Below, piece after piece: positions 61,835 through 64,000 of a stretch of DNA of 64,000 bases. The position numbers were made by a program, and so were the translations under genes. Every line of letters begins with the position of its first letter. Within the stretch, counting starts at the first letter, position 1. The stretch comes from Nitrospirota bacterium (GTDB lineage Bacteria > Nitrospirota > JACRHJ01): the NCBI GenBank assembly GCA_963845245.1, contig CAWJRJ010000019.1, forward strand, positions 1,305 through 65,304, given 5' to 3'. The notes beneath the pieces are model-generated. The model saw only the letters and a program-made list of their open reading frames with translations, searched no databases and was not told where the DNA came from.

Positions 61835-62112
61835 GAAAAAGCCCCCGCCCCAATAGCGATTAATCGCAAAGGGACGAGGGCTTTGATTTAAGCTCCCGCG
61901 GTACCACCCTGATTCGACGGACGAACCGTCCGCACTTATTTTGCCATTAACGCAGGCTAACGGGTGAAACTAATTTCGGGGAGGGATTTTATAACCCGCC
62001 CGGTTCGCGCCACCGGCTCCGAGGTGAGTTCAACGCGGCTGACGGCTCCGGTTCGCACCAACCACCGGCTCTCTCAAGCCCGCCTTACGCCTACTACTCC
62101 TCTTCACAGCCT
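61835..62112 (-). promoter_or_regulatory. T-box riboswitch, leucine (CUC) specifier
   Basis: Minus strand: GCTGTGAAGAGGAGTAGTA stem I, GAGAGAGC AG-box, GGTGCGAA, specifier GAA-CTC (62031-62026), T-box AGGGTGGTACCGCG (61910-61897), terminator GCCCTCGTCCC...GGGGCGGGGGC-TTTTT. Confidence 0.92.
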
Positions 62113-62838
62113 TTAAGGATTAGGTCTGATTTTAACCCGCCTGTTGCGGAAAGTCAATAAAAACTCGATAAGCGCCCATAACACATAGAATAACGTGACC
62201 CCGAACAGCACCACCGGCGGGTCGAGCGCCACTGCCACAAGTATGACGACCGCGACCAGAAGCATCCAGAACGGCCTCCTGTCCCGGACGTTCAGCTCCT
62301 TGAGGCTGTGGAACTTTACCGTGCTTATCATCAGGAGCGCAGTCACATATGTCATTACCAGCAGGACGATATTCTGGTCCGGGGCGACATTCCCGAAGGT
62401 ATCGTTATAGAAGATGACTGTCGTGGCCAGCACCGCAGCGCCGCCCGGAATAGGCAGGCCGGTGAACCACTTCTTCTCGGAGCCTGTCATCTGGACGTTG
62501 AACCGCGCCAGACGCAGCGCACCGCAGGCCACGAACAGGAACGCGCCCACCCAGCCCCAGCGTTTGAAAGGCATGAGCGCCCAGATGAAGAACATTACCG
62601 CAGGCGCAACACCGAAGGAAACAAGGTCGGACAGCGAATCGAGCTCCAGGCCGAACCGGCTCGTGGTCTTGGTGAGCCTCGCCACCCAGCCGTCGAGCGC
62701 GTCGAAGATAGTGGCCGTGAGGATGGCCCAGGCCGCGTGGTCGAAATCGCCTTTTATCGAGGCGATGATCGAGTAGAACCCGAAGAACATCCCGCCCACC
62801 GTCAGCAGGTTCGGCAGTATGTATATCCCTTTTCTCAA
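62113..62838 (-). CDS. pssA: CDP-diacylglycerol--serine O-phosphatidyltransferase
   Basis: LPNLLT, DALDGWVAR...FGLELDSLSDLVSFGVAP, LRLARFN, FTGLPIP. Confidence 0.95.
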   Translation of the reverse strand: MRKGIYILPNLLTVGGMFFGFYSIIASIKGDFDHAAWAILTATIFDALDGWVARLTKTTSRFGLELDSLSDLVSFGVAPAVMFFIWALMPFKRWGWVGAFLFVACGALRLARFNVQMTGSEKKWFTGLPIPGGAAVLATTVIFYNDTFGNVAPDQNIVLLVMTYVTALLMISTVKFHSLKELNVRDRRPFWMLLVAVVILVAVALDPPVVLFGVTLFYVLWALIEFLLTFRNRRVKIRPNP

Positions 62839-63476
62839 GGAAGCACCCCTATTATGGTTTCCCCTGCCTTCGTCCTGTCGCCCACCTTTACCCTTGCCTC
62901 GGCCTCGACGGGCATGTAGACGTCCAGCCGTGAGCCGAACATTATGAGCCCGAACCGCTCGCCGCGCGAAAGGGTGTCGCCGGGCTTGACCCAGCAGACG
63001 ATACGCCTCGCGATAAGCCCGGCTATCTGGACGAACATTATCCTCTTGCCGCTGCCGGTCTCCATTATGAGGGCGTTCTGCTCGTTGTCGAGCGAGGCCT
63101 TCTCAAGGTTGGCGGACAGGAACTTGCCTTTGTTGTAATGTATCTCTGCGATCTTTCCGGTCTCAGGCATCCGGTTCACATGCACGTTGAACACGCTCAT
63201 GAAGATGGATACCTTCCTGACCTTCGCCTTGAGGTACCTGTTCTCCTCGACATCGCCCACGAACACCACCCTGCCATCTGCAGGCGCGATGATAAGCCCC
63301 GCCCCTTGCGGTGCGTGCCTCTCCGGGTTCCTGAAGAAGGAAAGCGCAAAAATGGCCAAGGCCGTCATAACCATGGCGGCCTTGTACCAGTGCAGCGCCC
63401 AGAAGGCCGCCGCGAGGGCTGCGAACACCCCCACGACCGGCAGGCCTTCCAGTGCGATAATGCTTGAATGGTCCAT
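62835..63476 (-). CDS. psd: Phosphatidylserine decarboxylase
   Basis: FFRNPER, APADGRV, SIFMSVFNVHVNR, ARRIVC, FGSR autocleavage motif. Confidence 0.95.
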   Translation of the reverse strand: MDHSSIIALEGLPVVGVFAALAAAFWALHWYKAAMVMTALAIFALSFFRNPERHAPQGAGLIIAPADGRVVFVGDVEENRYLKAKVRKVSIFMSVFNVHVNRMPETGKIAEIHYNKGKFLSANLEKASLDNEQNALIMETGSGKRIMFVQIAGLIARRIVCWVKPGDTLSRGERFGLIMFGSRLDVYMPVEAEARVKVGDRTKAGETIIGVLP

Positions 63477-63485
63477 TTACTTTAC

Positions 63486-64000
<515 letters not shown>

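Overview
A 64 kb stretch of bacterial chromosome from a diderm, probably anaerobic organism. Gene order and content (ilvC-psd-pssA-T-box-leuACDB-asd, ileS-lspA-lgt, a sigma54 TauE/TIGR02186/USP module) suggest Nitrospirota or Desulfobacterota, which is inference only. Housekeeping blocks are an ABC/HlyD exporter, PBP1A, fchA-folD, copA, ileS-lspA-TPR-lgt, tldD, asd/leu/ilv and psd-pssA. They flank an accessory region of about 20 kb between tRNA-Val(TAC) and tRNA-Asp(GTC). That region holds (i) a 2 kb att-bounded islet with a decayed tyrosine integrase and an AT-rich GT-C-like membrane gene, (ii) a convergent CHASE4/PAS kinase plus c-di-GMP (GGDEF, HD-GYP) signalling cluster with clear domain duplications and a deletion, and (iii) an orphan pal gene preceded by a membrane-targeted, His-rich leader ORF ending in an R-P-P-P (RAPP-like) motif, followed by a stem-loop. 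Item (iii) is my best candidate for an undescribed regulatory system: a translation-arrest monitor controlling Pal. Other highlights are a Leu(CUC) T-box riboswitch before leuA, a FolD lacking the cyclohydrolase residues paired with FchA, and three families of palindromic repeats. Many genes, including essential ones, carry single-base frameshifts that are most likely sequencing or assembly errors. All assignments were made by eye from motifs; no database searches were run.
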